DNA of 64,000 nucleotides from Thermoplasmatota archaeon (GTDB lineage Archaea; Thermoplasmatota; E2; JACPAO01; JAHFTW01). The stretch is taken from contig JBFIHX010000002.1 in NCBI GenBank assembly GCA_041601615.1, forward strand, positions 32,001 through 96,000. The letters run 5' to 3'. Within the stretch, counting starts at the first letter, position 1. The number at the start of each line of letters is the position of its first letter. Below, one piece after another: positions 26,315 through 36,663 of this stretch. The notes below the pieces were generated by a model, which was not told the DNA's origin, did no database searches, and worked only from the letters and a program-made list of their open reading frames with translations. The translations under genes were made by a program, and so were the position numbers.

Positions 26315-27670
26315 CTAGAGTGAAGCTACGGTGCGCCGGTACAGCAGGTCCGCTCGAATGCCGTCGCCGGGTTGCGGGTTTGCATTCGTTCGGTCTTTTT
26401 GCAGGATGGCGTGCACGGTGTCGTCTGGGCCCACTGCGATTTGGAAAAAGTCCCGTGGTGGCGTGGTGCCCTTTCCAGCGGGTGCTTCGAGGAGGGGGAC
26501 GTGGCGGTAGGTGGGCGCGGGGCTGTCGGCGTCGAGGCTCAGCAGCAAGTGTGGCGTCCATTCGGTGGTTTCTTTCACTTCTAGGTCTGTGCTGGCGTAG
26601 AAGGCGACGGCGTGGACGCCCCCGCTACCGGCGGCACTGTGCAGAAGCCCGAATCGGCCCGCAAACGGCGTGATGTCTTGCGGTTCGCTCCATGCCCCGT
26701 CGTGGGCTGCGTGCGCGACTCGAATTTGGCCGGGGGTGGTGCCATGCCAAACGAAATCCTGGACGCCCTCGAAGGTGGCGTCGTCGTCGATCCATGCGGC
26801 GTGGCGGGTGCCATCGCGGTCGATGGCGGCGCCGGGAATGAGCAGGGACGGTCCGTGTTCGTACGCCGCCGTGAAAGGGTTTGTCCAGATGCGGCCTCGG
26901 TCCAGGCTTTCGTGGACGCGCAGGTTGGGGCCGTCGATGCAGACCACGATTAGGTCCATGTCGTTGCTGGGGTCGGCGGCGGGGACACACCAGTCGTCGA
27001 AGGCGCGGCCGAGGCTCCAGGTGAGACCGCCGTCTTCGCTGCGGTGCAGCCACTTGGAGCCGGGCTCGGAGTCGCCGGTCATGATGCTTTCGGGTGCGGG
27101 AAGAGCGGCGCCGTTGTTTCCGAGTAGGTAGACGATGCCGTCGCCTTGGGCGGTCAGCCAGGGTCGGTCGTCCAAGGGGCTTGCGGTGCCTTGGATGGGT
27201 CGGCTAAAGTCCCAGGCGGGGCCGGTGGGGGATTGACTCCAGCGGCTGATGGTGTTGTCGGCAAGGTAGGTGTCGACGAAATAGAGGCGGCCGGCGGCGT
27301 CGACGGTGATGTCGCCTTCGAGCCCGAGCATCCATTGGTGTGCTTGGGCGGGACTCGGCAGGTCGTTCCAGGTGGTGCCGTTGTCGCGGCTGTACCAGAG
27401 CCATGAGGCGAGTCGGGCCGAACTGGTTGCTAGTTCTCCGGGGCGGCGGGAGGTGGCGGCGGTGACGTAGATGGTGCCGTCGGGCCCTACTTCGATGCTG
27501 GGCTCGAAGCCACCGTGGGTGTCGGCGGTAAGAAGGACGGGCGCGGAGAGCAGGACGGGAGCCCAGTCTGTTGGGTCCAAACTTTCCAAGCCCGTGGGAT
27601 TGCCGGGGGCTGGATTGAGACAGCCAGCACTCAGGGCCAACAGGATGGGAAGCAGCGCAATGGCACGCAC
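26315..27670 (-). CDS. BNR/Asp-box (sialidase-like) beta-propeller lipoprotein
   Basis: SAGC lipobox; SRDNGTTW, SEDGGLTW, SLDRGRIW; DRPW. Confidence 0.8.
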   Translation of the reverse strand: MRAIALLPILLALSAGCLNPAPGNPTGLESLDPTDWAPVLLSAPVLLTADTHGGFEPSIEVGPDGTIYVTAATSRRPGELATSSARLASWLWYSRDNGTTWNDLPSPAQAHQWMLGLEGDITVDAAGRLYFVDTYLADNTISRWSQSPTGPAWDFSRPIQGTASPLDDRPWLTAQGDGIVYLLGNNGAALPAPESIMTGDSEPGSKWLHRSEDGGLTWSLGRAFDDWCVPAADPSNDMDLIVVCIDGPNLRVHESLDRGRIWTNPFTAAYEHGPSLLIPGAAIDRDGTRHAAWIDDDATFEGVQDFVWHGTTPGQIRVAHAAHDGAWSEPQDITPFAGRFGLLHSAAGSGGVHAVAFYASTDLEVKETTEWTPHLLLSLDADSPAPTYRHVPLLEAPAGKGTTPPRDFFQIAVGPDDTVHAILQKDRTNANPQPGDGIRADLLYRRTVASL

Positions 27671-27792
27671 GAACGGCCAGAACGCGTCGGACGCTTGGGG
27701 TTCCTGACCGTGTCGCTACCCGAGAAGGGCGGGATGATGAAGGGCAGGGAAAAGGAAGGGAAAGGGACGTTGCGGGGCCAGCGGCGAACTAC

Positions 27793-28080
27793 CTAGACCG
27801 CTTTCATCGGGGCAACTGTGGAGACGCTGATCAGGGGTTTGCCTTCCACGCCGGCTTCCTGCTGCGCCTTGCGAAGTTCGTCGCTGTGGATGAATCGGTC
27901 TGCTTCCTGCTGGGAAGGGAAGTCCATGACGATGCAGAGGCGGTTGTCGTCGTCGGGGGAGCAGTAGATCCGTTCGTTGCTTGCGTGGAAGGAGGCGCGC
28001 ATGGTGCGGTTGCGCTCGAAGGTGGATTTCCAGTCTGAGTACTTGCGCACGCGAAGTTCGGCGGTGACGATGGTGGTCAT
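27793..28080 (-). CDS. ABM/cyclase-like small protein (paralog of 21378)
   Basis: RVRKYSDWKSTFE...AQQEAGVEGKP. Confidence 0.75.
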   Translation of the reverse strand: MTTIVTAELRVRKYSDWKSTFERNRTMRASFHASNERIYCSPDDDNRLCIVMDFPSQQEADRFIHSDELRKAQQEAGVEGKPLISVSTVAPMKAV

Positions 28081-28341
28081 GGGATGTTCCTGCGCCGGGT
28101 GGGCGCTGAAGCAGGCCACGGGAGGACGGGCAGAGTGATTTTGCTCAGATGCGGCGGTTCCAGCCGCGTGGTTCGCCGAACTCGTCAAGCCATCCTCGGG
28201 CATTGGCTGGTCTCGGTTCAAGTTGCGATGGACTATGCGCGCAAGCCCGCTGGCGCCGCCTTGCCCGCGAATGCTTGCTCCTGTGTCGGCGTTTGTGACG
28301 ATGGCCATGGCCGCCTCATGGGAGTCGAGCAAGCCAAGGAC

Positions 28342-28473
28342 TCAGCCCAGGTCTCCGGCGCGCACCAGTGGGTCGGGAAGTGTCACGCGGCAGGCCTTCG
28401 CTCCCCAGATCAGCAGGACGACGAGTGCGGCGACGGAGCCGGCGGCGACGAGAACCAGGAATTCTACTGTCAT
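28342..28473 (-). CDS. Possible small membrane peptide (43 aa)
   Basis: Single TM MTVEFLVLVAAGSVAALVVLLIW; divergent from the HxlR gene. Confidence 0.35.
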   Translation of the reverse strand: MTVEFLVLVAAGSVAALVVLLIWGAKACRVTLPDPLVRAGDLG

Positions 28474-28517
28474 TGTGAAAGTACATATCGAATGCGCACC
28501 ATAAGTGATCCCGGAAT

Positions 28518-29033
28518 ATGGACACAGCCACTGTCGCGACACACAGCGCCACACATGCGCTGCCCGCCCCCGCCGCCCCCGCCGCCACTTCGGCACCGGC
28601 CAGCACCGATTGCCCCCTCATGGACGACGCCTGCATGGCCGAATTTCAAGAGTCGCGTCAGGTCGCCGCATCGCTATCCCTGCGCATGCGAACGTTCCTG
28701 CATGGCCGCAGCCAGGACGAACAAGCGGCCTGGATTCGCACCAGCATGAGTGTCAGCAGGGAACTGTTTCAGCCCTGGAGCATGGAATTGCTGTACCTCA
28801 CGGGCGTGCTTGGCAAGGCTCGATTTTCGGAACTCGAACGCTTGCTCGGCATCAGCAGTCGAACGCTCAGCAACAAACTCAAGGGACTCACCCAGGCTGG
28901 GTTCCTCGATCGCCACGTCCTGGATGAAACCCCCGTGCGCATCGAGTACGCTCTCAGCAAGCACGGTCGCGCCACGGCTGCATTGGCAGCACCGCTGTTT
29001 GCGCACCTGAATTTGCACGCAACAAGCCAGTAG
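28518..29033 (+). CDS. HxlR family winged-HTH regulator
   Basis: WSMELL, RFSELERLLGISSRTLSNKLK, PVRIEYALS. Confidence 0.9.
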   Translation: MDTATVATHSATHALPAPAAPAATSAPASTDCPLMDDACMAEFQESRQVAASLSLRMRTFLHGRSQDEQAAWIRTSMSVSRELFQPWSMELLYLTGVLGKARFSELERLLGISSRTLSNKLKGLTQAGFLDRHVLDETPVRIEYALSKHGRATAALAAPLFAHLNLHATSQ

Positions 29034-29065
29034 CAAATCCCTACCAATTCAGTAGGAAATTGCTA
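29031..29065. terminator. AT-rich inverted repeat between convergent genes
   Basis: TAGCAAATCCCTAC-N7-GTAGGAAATTGCTA, 12 of 14 pairs. Confidence 0.6.
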
Positions 29066-29078
29066 TCAAGGCTTGCAA

Positions 29079-29765
29079 TTACGCGGAAGCAGGAGCCGCA
29101 GCTACGAGCGCGCCGCCCAGATTCTTGACGTAGGCCCGGTTCAGATCATGGAACTCAGGCACAACGCTTTGCTGCACTTCCGGCAGAGCAAGGAGCCGGT
29201 TTGCGTAGGTATTCAGCTTGGGAAGGCGGGTCGCGTCGAGCATTGTGACGCCGAACTCCTCCATGGCTTGCAAGCGCATGAAGAGCGGAGCGACTGCCGT
29301 ATCGATGAGGTTCAATTCCGAGCCATTCCAAAACGGACCGTCGCGGTTGGCCCACTGCGCCTCCATCTTGTCCAGCTTGCCCGCCAACGCCTCGCGGTGC
29401 TGCTCTAGGTCCTTCGGGTTGGCAGCGTGGCTCATCATGTAGACGTCCACGAAGCAGGCGCTGGCAAACTCGATCCATGCGCGATTCAGGGCCTTCGTGA
29501 TAGGGTCCTTCGGCATCATGTCGCCGCCCGTCACTTCGTCCACGAACTCATTGATGACCGCCGACTCGAACAGCACTTCCTCTCGGTCGCCGTCGCGCAC
29601 TTGCAGCACCGGCACCTTGCCAAACGGCGAGATTTCCGTGAACCACTGGGGCGGGTCAGCCAAATCGATGTACTTGATCGAAAAATCACGGCCCTTGTGC
29701 TTGAGCGTAATCACGCTGCGCTGCACGTACGGGCAGAGCTTGAACGAAACCAGTTCGAGTTCCAT
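29079..29765 (-). CDS. Glutathione S-transferase (omega-like, CPY)
   Basis: LCPYVQR, SPFGKVPVL, FESAVINEF. Confidence 0.92.
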   Translation of the reverse strand: MELELVSFKLCPYVQRSVITLKHKGRDFSIKYIDLADPPQWFTEISPFGKVPVLQVRDGDREEVLFESAVINEFVDEVTGGDMMPKDPITKALNRAWIEFASACFVDVYMMSHAANPKDLEQHREALAGKLDKMEAQWANRDGPFWNGSELNLIDTAVAPLFMRLQAMEEFGVTMLDATRLPKLNTYANRLLALPEVQQSVVPEFHDLNRAYVKNLGGALVAAAPASA

Positions 29766-29894
29766 GGTCCCCCTGTCAGTACCCCACTGGTTTGAACGCT
29801 CGGGTTGTGGCCGGCGCTTCTTTCCGCATCCCCCGGACATTCAAGCAATCCACCAACAAGCGTTTCAAAGGCACCCCGGCCTGTTGTCGCTGTT

Positions 29895-31346
29895 ATGGTC
29901 GAGGGCGGACCGTCGAGAACCGGCGGGGGAGGATGGATTGCCACCCGCCCCCCGCTCGACGGACCGAGTCGTTTGCGCATCCTCGTGGGCACCATTGCCA
30001 TCCTTGTCGCAGTGGTTTCCAGCCTGGCGCTTCTGAACCTCCTCGTGGTCGAACCCGTCGTCGGCGACGGCGCCGGCAACACGGGAGGACAACCCGGCGG
30101 CACCATCGACGATCCGGGCACCACGGGACAGCCCAACGAAGGCGGTGATTCAGGAGAAGGGGACGGGGGCCAACCCGGTAGCAAGGCAAATCCCTGCACC
30201 ACGGCAAAATCGTGGGTCGGTGGCTCCGCCGTTACCTTCACCGTCCTTTCCCTGGCGCTCTGGGTGCTCTCCGTCTGGTGGCGCCAGAGCCGCCAAACCC
30301 GCGTCATGAACGGCTGGGCCATCACAGCGCTCGTCTTCACGCTCGTGGCCGCAACGCTGCTGTTTTCCTGGTGGCTCGTGGTCAAAATCTGCAACCTTGA
30401 CATCTTCGACCTCAAGGCCTGCCGCGAAATCGCCCGCAGCCTCCTAGGCGCCTTCTTGGGCTTTGGCATCCCCGGCCTCGGACTCATTGGCTTCGCCATC
30501 GCCAAGAAACGACAAGGCGGCCGCTTCATGGGCATCTGGTCCGGCGCCGGTTTCGTCTTCCTGTACCTAGCGATTCTCTCCATGGTTGGCTGGCTGGTCG
30601 CGGACGACTTTTGCGACCGGCGCTTCGAGCCACCGGACCCCGACGACATCCCCAATCCTGACGACCCCGGCGGCGACGATCCCGGCGGCGATTCCGGCAA
30701 CGGCGGCGAAGGCGGCAACACCGGCGAACCTGGCGGAAGCAATCCCGGGGGCAACAACGGCGGCGGCAACAACCCCACGGGCGGCGGCGGAGGCAGCCGA
30801 GGCGGAGGAGGGGGCGGAGGCGGACTTCCCACACTCACAGCCCCGCAAATCAGCCCTGTGATGCTGCTCGTTCTGCTCGGCATGGCCGCCGTGCTCGTCA
30901 TCATCGTACTCGCGGTGCGCACGCGTCACAACCCCGCCATGAATCTCGGTGGCGGACACGAGGAAATTGCCATCGAAGACCGAGGAACCCTCCTAGCGCT
31001 CCTCAAGCGCACCGACCTCCAATCCGACGACCAAGTGGTCGCATCCTACCGCAGCTACCTCGGCTGGGCCACCGTGCGCGGTGTCGGAAAATACCCGCAC
31101 GAGACGCCACGCGAACACGGCCAACGAGTCACTTACGAACTCGATTTGCCTTGGCAGCAAACCGAGCCCCTGCTCGAAGCCTACACCCACGTCCGCCTTG
31201 GACACGAAGAATTGGACGAACAACTGCGCCAAGCCGCCGTGGCCTTTGCCGAGGGTATTCGCGACGGCGCCATTCGCCCCGGCCGCCCCTTTGCAGTTCC
31301 CGCCGACGCCAAAGCCAAAAAGAGCCCCGCGAAGGAGGAATCTTAG
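29895..31346 (+). CDS. Membrane protein with Gly/Asp linker and C-terminal DUF4129-like domain
   Basis: Multiple TM; VVASYR, HETPREH, AYTHVRLG. Confidence 0.75.
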   Translation: MVEGGPSRTGGGGWIATRPPLDGPSRLRILVGTIAILVAVVSSLALLNLLVVEPVVGDGAGNTGGQPGGTIDDPGTTGQPNEGGDSGEGDGGQPGSKANPCTTAKSWVGGSAVTFTVLSLALWVLSVWWRQSRQTRVMNGWAITALVFTLVAATLLFSWWLVVKICNLDIFDLKACREIARSLLGAFLGFGIPGLGLIGFAIAKKRQGGRFMGIWSGAGFVFLYLAILSMVGWLVADDFCDRRFEPPDPDDIPNPDDPGGDDPGGDSGNGGEGGNTGEPGGSNPGGNNGGGNNPTGGGGGSRGGGGGGGGLPTLTAPQISPVMLLVLLGMAAVLVIIVLAVRTRHNPAMNLGGGHEEIAIEDRGTLLALLKRTDLQSDDQVVASYRSYLGWATVRGVGKYPHETPREHGQRVTYELDLPWQQTEPLLEAYTHVRLGHEELDEQLRQAAVAFAEGIRDGAIRPGRPFAVPADAKAKKSPAKEES

Positions 31347-31855
31347 TGGGCTGGGTCGCGGCATTGCTGTTTCTGGGCGCCACCGTCGTGCTCATTTCCA
31401 TCGTCTGGAAAAAAGTCGCCGTGGACGAAGTGGGCGAAGTGCGCTACAAGCCCATCCAGACCGGAGTCCAAGGCAAAGTCGCCTACTGGCTCGCCGAAAA
31501 CGCCCCCCTGCGTGCGCCTCGGCCGCCCACCAAGAAAAAACGCAAGGGAAAACCCGACCCCGAATCTCCCGCCGGCCGTGCTCTGGCTGCGATGATCCGC
31601 CAAGAAATGGTCGAACAACAACTGGCCGCCGAAGCCGCCCACGAACACCTACTCGAGCGCGCCCCCGGCCCCGTCGCCCGCGCCTTCTTGGACGGCCGCA
31701 TGCGACGCGCCACCGTCCTCTATGCTCTTACCCGATACACAGGCCCCGGCTGGCTCTTTTGGCCATGGCTTGGTCTTATCGCGTCCGTGCGCTACGGCCG
31801 CAGGCGCCTCTACCTTGATACCGTCACGCACGCCGTGCGGGAGATGCGAACATGA
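31346..31855 (+). CDS. Hypothetical membrane protein (MoxR operon)
   Basis: Overlaps both neighbours; N-terminal TM. Confidence 0.65.
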   Translation: MGWVAALLFLGATVVLISIVWKKVAVDEVGEVRYKPIQTGVQGKVAYWLAENAPLRAPRPPTKKKRKGKPDPESPAGRALAAMIRQEMVEQQLAAEAAHEHLLERAPGPVARAFLDGRMRRATVLYALTRYTGPGWLFWPWLGLIASVRYGRRRLYLDTVTHAVREMRT

Positions 31856-32829
31856 GTGTAACCACCGCCCAACGAAAGAACGCAGGCCTTGTCGCCCAGA
31901 ACATCATCGAGGAGACCAGCAAGGTCATCGTCGGAAAGGAACGCAGCATCCGCCACGCCGTCTACGGCATGCTCGCCAACGGCCACTGCCTCTTCGAAGA
32001 CGTACCCGGCCTTGCCAAAACCATGCTTGTCAAGACCCTCGCCCGCGTCACGGGCCTCGACTTCCATCGCATCCAATTCACGCCCGACTTGTTGCCCGCC
32101 GACATCAGCGGCTCGTACATCTACAACATGAAGCAGCAGACCTTCGAATTGCGCAAAGGCCCGGTGTTTAGCCAAATCGTCCTCGCCGACGAACTGAACC
32201 GCGCCCCGCCCAAAACCCAGAGCGCCCTTCTAGAAGCAATGCAGGAAAAGCAAGTCACCCTCGAAGGCACCACGCACCAACTACCCAAACCGTTCTTCGT
32301 GTACGCCACCCAGAACCCCATCGAGTCCGAAGGCGTCTACGCCCTGCCCGAGGCGGAACTGGATCGGTTCCTGCTTCGCATCAGCATGGGCTACCCGAAC
32401 GAAGACGAAGAAATCGAAGTCTTGGAACGCATCGAGTCGTGGGACGGCGCCGATCCCAAAGTCAAACCCGTCACCACGCCCGCCAAACTCGTCGAAGTCC
32501 AAAAGGCGACCCGCAGCGTGTTCATCCACCCCGACTTGAAGCGCTACATCGTCCAACTCGTGCACGCCACCCGCCGTGACGACCGCGTCCAAGTCGGCAG
32601 CAGCCCACGCGGCAGCATCGCACTCATGGCGCTTGCCAAAGCCGCCGCCATCAGCGACGGACGCGCCTTTGCCACCGACGACGACGTCAAAGAAATCGCC
32701 GTGCCCGCCCTCGCCCACCGCATCGTTTTGCGCCCCGAAGCGGCCGCCCGTGGAGCTACCGCCGAAGAAGTCATCGCCACGGCACTCGCCACCGTCCCGA
32801 CCCCGCACATCCCGCAGGTCGTGGAGTAG
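31852..32829 (+). CDS. moxR: MoxR family AAA+ ATPase
   Basis: EDVPGLAKT, RIQFTPDLLPADI, ADELNRAPPKTQSALLEAMQE, ATQNPIE, LDRF. Confidence 0.96.
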   Translation: MSVTTAQRKNAGLVAQNIIEETSKVIVGKERSIRHAVYGMLANGHCLFEDVPGLAKTMLVKTLARVTGLDFHRIQFTPDLLPADISGSYIYNMKQQTFELRKGPVFSQIVLADELNRAPPKTQSALLEAMQEKQVTLEGTTHQLPKPFFVYATQNPIESEGVYALPEAELDRFLLRISMGYPNEDEEIEVLERIESWDGADPKVKPVTTPAKLVEVQKATRSVFIHPDLKRYIVQLVHATRRDDRVQVGSSPRGSIALMALAKAAAISDGRAFATDDDVKEIAVPALAHRIVLRPEAAARGATAEEVIATALATVPTPHIPQVVE

Positions 32830-32849
32830 GCAGGAGTCCCGGAGCATCC

Positions 32850-34151
32850 ATGAGCGGCCTCGTCGCCACCCGGCGCGTCTTGCACTTTCTGCTACTGACC
32901 GGCACCGCCGGCGGATTTGCAGTGCTGAGCGAAAGCTGGGTGCCGGCGACCGTAATCCTGCCCTTGATGGGTGCTCTCGTCGTAGCGCTGTTCGAAGTCC
33001 TCCTACCCCTGCCCAAATGGGCCCGCCGCGAAGTCGGAACCGGCGTCATGTTGCGCGAAGACGAACTGGAAGTGACGGTACGCATGGGCTTCTGCGTCAT
33101 GCCCTACAACCTCACCATCCGCGAACGGTTCCCCGAAGGCATCGAACTCAAAGACCACAGCCAAGAGCCAATTCGGATCATGCAGCACCGCGTCAAGGGC
33201 CGCAAAAACCACACCATCGAAGGCAAGTACTTCCTTCATGCCCGCCGCCGCGGCGACTGGGACCTCGGCCCCTGCCGCGTCGTGCGCACCTCGATGCTCG
33301 GCCTGTTTGAACGCGCCGTGGACCTGCCCACCAGCACCCAAACCACGGTCATGCCAGTGACGGCCAAACAGCGCAACATGAAGCTCGCACCCAAGCCCTT
33401 GACGCCCGAAGGCATTCCCAGCCGCAGCGGCCGGCGCGGCCCCGGAGACACGTTCTACGCCCTGCGCGAATACCAACCCGGCGACAACATGAGCGACGTG
33501 AATTGGAAGGCCACCGCACGCATGGGCAAGCCGATCACCAACGAGTACCTACCCGACGAACCGGCGCGCTACCTCCTGTACATCGACACCCGCAGCTTCG
33601 GCGCCGAGGTCGGAAAAGTGGACGTCTTCGAGCGCACCCTGGAACTTGGAGCCGTCTTGATGGAGGGGCTGTACAGCGCCCACGCCCACGTCGGACTCGT
33701 ACTCCTTTCCCAACGCGCCCAATTCAAAGTCCCCGCCGCAGGAGCCGTCCACATGCAAAAGACACGGCGCATGATTCTCTCGGCAATTCCCGGCGAAGAA
33801 GCCCCCCTGCTGCAACTCGTCGAAGGCGGAGCCCCGCACCTGCCGCGACGAACAAGCGCCATCCTCGTCACGCCGAATCTGTACGAACCGACCCTGCAAG
33901 CGACCCTTATGTTCCTTCGCGCCCACCACGGCAACGTTCTGCTGCTCGTCCCCGCATTCCCTGAACCCGAAGCAGACCACGAATCAGCCGAACGCGCCGC
34001 CGGCGCCCTTCTAAACGCCGACCAAGCCGCCGTCATGGCCGACTTGAGAAACTACGTGGATGGTGCTGCGCAATGGCCCCCCGGCCAAAGCATCGTGATG
34101 ACCCTCGCCAAACTCGGCCTCATTGGCCGCATGCGCTCCGGAGGCCCGTAG
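32850..34151 (+). CDS. DUF58 domain protein
   Basis: RRG, LREYQPGD, VNWKATAR. Confidence 0.9.
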   Translation: MSGLVATRRVLHFLLLTGTAGGFAVLSESWVPATVILPLMGALVVALFEVLLPLPKWARREVGTGVMLREDELEVTVRMGFCVMPYNLTIRERFPEGIELKDHSQEPIRIMQHRVKGRKNHTIEGKYFLHARRRGDWDLGPCRVVRTSMLGLFERAVDLPTSTQTTVMPVTAKQRNMKLAPKPLTPEGIPSRSGRRGPGDTFYALREYQPGDNMSDVNWKATARMGKPITNEYLPDEPARYLLYIDTRSFGAEVGKVDVFERTLELGAVLMEGLYSAHAHVGLVLLSQRAQFKVPAAGAVHMQKTRRMILSAIPGEEAPLLQLVEGGAPHLPRRTSAILVTPNLYEPTLQATLMFLRAHHGNVLLLVPAFPEPEADHESAERAAGALLNADQAAVMADLRNYVDGAAQWPPGQSIVMTLAKLGLIGRMRSGGP

Positions 34152-34173
34152 CGTGTCCATTTGGCCAAGCCAC

Positions 34174-35031
34174 ATGAGTGGACGCATCCCAAGCTTCCTG
34201 ATGTGGGCCGCCGGCCTCGGATTTGCCGGCCTCGGAGACGCCAACGACCTTGTCTACATCCCCGCTGCCGCCTGGCTCGGCGCCGCCCTCGCCCTCCTGA
34301 TGTACGTTCTCTGGGGCGAGCGCACAAGACCCAAACCCAACGGCTTCTGGATTCTGCTCGGCATCGTCTGGACCGCAGGATTCCTCGTTCCCTTCCAACC
34401 CATGCACGGACTCGTTGCCGGCACCGCCGTCGCCCTGCTGTGGCTGCACGACGCCCCCGGCTCCCCCAGCGCCATGCTCAGCTGGGGCCTCTTCGTACTC
34501 ATCTGGCAAGGCGACCCGAGCGTATGGCGCGATGCGGGCATGGACCAAGCGTTCTACGTCGCCATCGGCATGACCCTCGTGGTCTTCGGCGCCCAACTCG
34601 AACGCGAACGCCTCGCAAGGCGCCGCTACGCCCGCATCGGCTACACCTGGAACACCGTCCGCATCAGCATCGTCGCCATCATCACGCTCGTGCTGCTGGC
34701 CGGCCGCGAAACCCTCGGCGCCGCGAGCCTGTTTTCCGCCCTCGGCATCGACATCAGCGGCATCGGCGGCAAAGTCGCCATGATTGGAGTCCTGCTCGCG
34801 AGCCTCGGCGTCGCAGCGGCATTGTTCCGCGTGCGACCCACCAAGGTACGCGTCAAGGCCGTGCCCGTTCGCCAAAGTTTCGACGACAAAACGCCGACGC
34901 GAGCAGCCGTTGCACCAGCAAACGCAGCCGTGGCAAAGAAAGTCGCGCAAGTCACAGGGGAAAAGCCCGTGAAGAGGGAAAAGGCGGCGCCCGAAGGGCC
35001 GTTGCAGCCGGGGGAGATTGACTTTGACTAG
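34174..35031 (+). CDS. Hypothetical multi-pass membrane protein
   Basis: About 8 TM; last gene of the MoxR operon. Confidence 0.7.
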   Translation: MSGRIPSFLMWAAGLGFAGLGDANDLVYIPAAAWLGAALALLMYVLWGERTRPKPNGFWILLGIVWTAGFLVPFQPMHGLVAGTAVALLWLHDAPGSPSAMLSWGLFVLIWQGDPSVWRDAGMDQAFYVAIGMTLVVFGAQLERERLARRRYARIGYTWNTVRISIVAIITLVLLAGRETLGAASLFSALGIDISGIGGKVAMIGVLLASLGVAAALFRVRPTKVRVKAVPVRQSFDDKTPTRAAVAPANAAVAKKVAQVTGEKPVKREKAAPEGPLQPGEIDFD

Positions 35032-35080
35032 CCCTTAGGCACCGGGGCGAAGATATTGTGCATCTGCCGGGGCGAGCGCA

Positions 35081-35710
35081 TCAAGCGAGTCGAGCTGTGC
35101 AGCCATCGGGCCCCCAGCTTGCTTCGTAGTTTGCATGAGACATCGTCAAAGTCGGGGGCACCTGGAGGGCAGTTGTGGCAGCAAGGGCGCCACTGAGCGG
35201 CAACCCTAGGCCTTCTGAGATTGCCCAGAGTGTGCCCTCTGCATCGACGCCAACGGGTCCAGAAATGGTTCGTTGGGCATCGAAGGGAGTGGCGAGGCAC
35301 CCAACAGCAGCGGAATCAAGGTCAATCGGAGGAAGATCGACCAAGTCGTAGGGGTCGAATTCGCATGCAGCGGCCACCGAGCCGAGCCGGTTGATTGCCT
35401 TCGCCGCAGCCCAGGTGGCCTGGACGTACAAGCCCCGGTAATGGGCCACTTCGTGCCGTTGGGTAATCAAGATTGAGAAATCCTGATGGGTTGTGGATCC
35501 TCCGAACCCCTGCCCGTCCGCATCGACGGCTACGTAAGGGATGTAAATGACTGGGAAAACGAAGACGGCGTTTGCTCTTGCCTCGGCCGTAGATTCGGTT
35601 GCGCCACAGATCACCTCAGCGGAGGTTCCAACGCCTTGGGATGCTTGGGCCGTGGGCATTACCAGGGGAAGCATGAGCAGTACTATTATTAGTGAAGTGA
35701 GGGGTTTCAT
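35081..35710 (-). CDS. Hypothetical secreted protein
   Basis: Signal peptide MKPLTSLIIVLLMLPLVMPTAQA; C-terminal domain similar to the 36664 product. Confidence 0.7.
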   Translation of the reverse strand: MKPLTSLIIVLLMLPLVMPTAQASQGVGTSAEVICGATESTAEARANAVFVFPVIYIPYVAVDADGQGFGGSTTHQDFSILITQRHEVAHYRGLYVQATWAAAKAINRLGSVAAACEFDPYDLVDLPPIDLDSAAVGCLATPFDAQRTISGPVGVDAEGTLWAISEGLGLPLSGALAATTALQVPPTLTMSHANYEASWGPDGCTARLA

Positions 35711-36019
35711 ATTCTTATCCTGGCTCGATGAGCCATGCAAGCCATGTAATTGAGCTTCTATTACCGTATGCGTTGCTATGTTCCCCGACATAAAGCATCT
35801 AATTATTGATATAAATTATTCCTTTTTTGGTTCAGGTGCTGGGGCGCATCACGCAGTACGCCGCCAAGATTGCGCAAGAACTCCTAGAGCTTGGGCCCAA
35901 CCGAAGAGCCGTGGGCATGCGGGAGAATTCCAAGGAGTGTGCACGCCAGCCCAAGCTGCATTTCTCAGCCGGCCTCAAGTCCAACCGATGAAATCGAGAA
36001 TGGTCCACCATCGCATGGA

Positions 36020-36442
36020 TTACAACGGCCCCAACCGCGTCAATCGCAGCCCCGCCACGACAAGCCAGGGCCCCGCGAGGCCCACGGTGGCCGCCACTGC
36101 AAACAAGGGAATGAACAGAACTCCATCGAAACCCTGCACGGCCGACCACGCAGCCACCGGAAGGCCTGCAATGCCAAGCGGGAACAAAATCAGGCCTAGG
36201 GCCTTGGCGGGTTGACGCACCCAGGCTTCTCCCATCAGGAGTGCACGATACAGCCGAGCCGGGACCCACGCCAGCGCCAAAAACAACGCGCCGGCCACGA
36301 TGGCGCCCAGGATTGCAAACCAAATTGCTTCCAGAATATCGTTGGAGCTTCCCCATGCAGTGAGGAGGATGATGATCCCGGCGCACCAAATTCCAAGCAA
36401 AACTGCCAGGACAGACGCCAAGACCCACGCGATGCTGCGCAT
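36020..36442 (-). CDS. Hypothetical 4-TM membrane protein
   Basis: Four hydrophobic segments. Confidence 0.6.
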   Translation of the reverse strand: MRSIAWVLASVLAVLLGIWCAGIIILLTAWGSSNDILEAIWFAILGAIVAGALFLALAWVPARLYRALLMGEAWVRQPAKALGLILFPLGIAGLPVAAWSAVQGFDGVLFIPLFAVAATVGLAGPWLVVAGLRLTRLGPL

Positions 36443-36663
36443 GGATCGAGCCGCCGGCCGCCACTCCAGAGGCGCAATTTCTGGAGGAAGGCGTAATCGG
36501 CGCAAAGGCCCCCAAACCCAGCGCACGCTCATGACCTACAAGCCCCCATCCAGTTCAAGAAACATAGGGTTGGTTTGATGCAACGTTCATTGCCTGGAAC
36601 CATGCCTCAAATTGGCAAGTGAAAAAGAGGGGAGAAGGCTAGTTCGCTGCAAAGTTGGAGGGC

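Noticed and set aside
30620-30830. GGC-rich repeat
   Set aside because: Simply encodes the Gly/Asp/Asn linker of the DUF4129-like protein.
35832-36016. Possible pseudogene downstream of the 4-TM gene
   Set aside because: Short frames with stops and no recognisable homology; unsupported.
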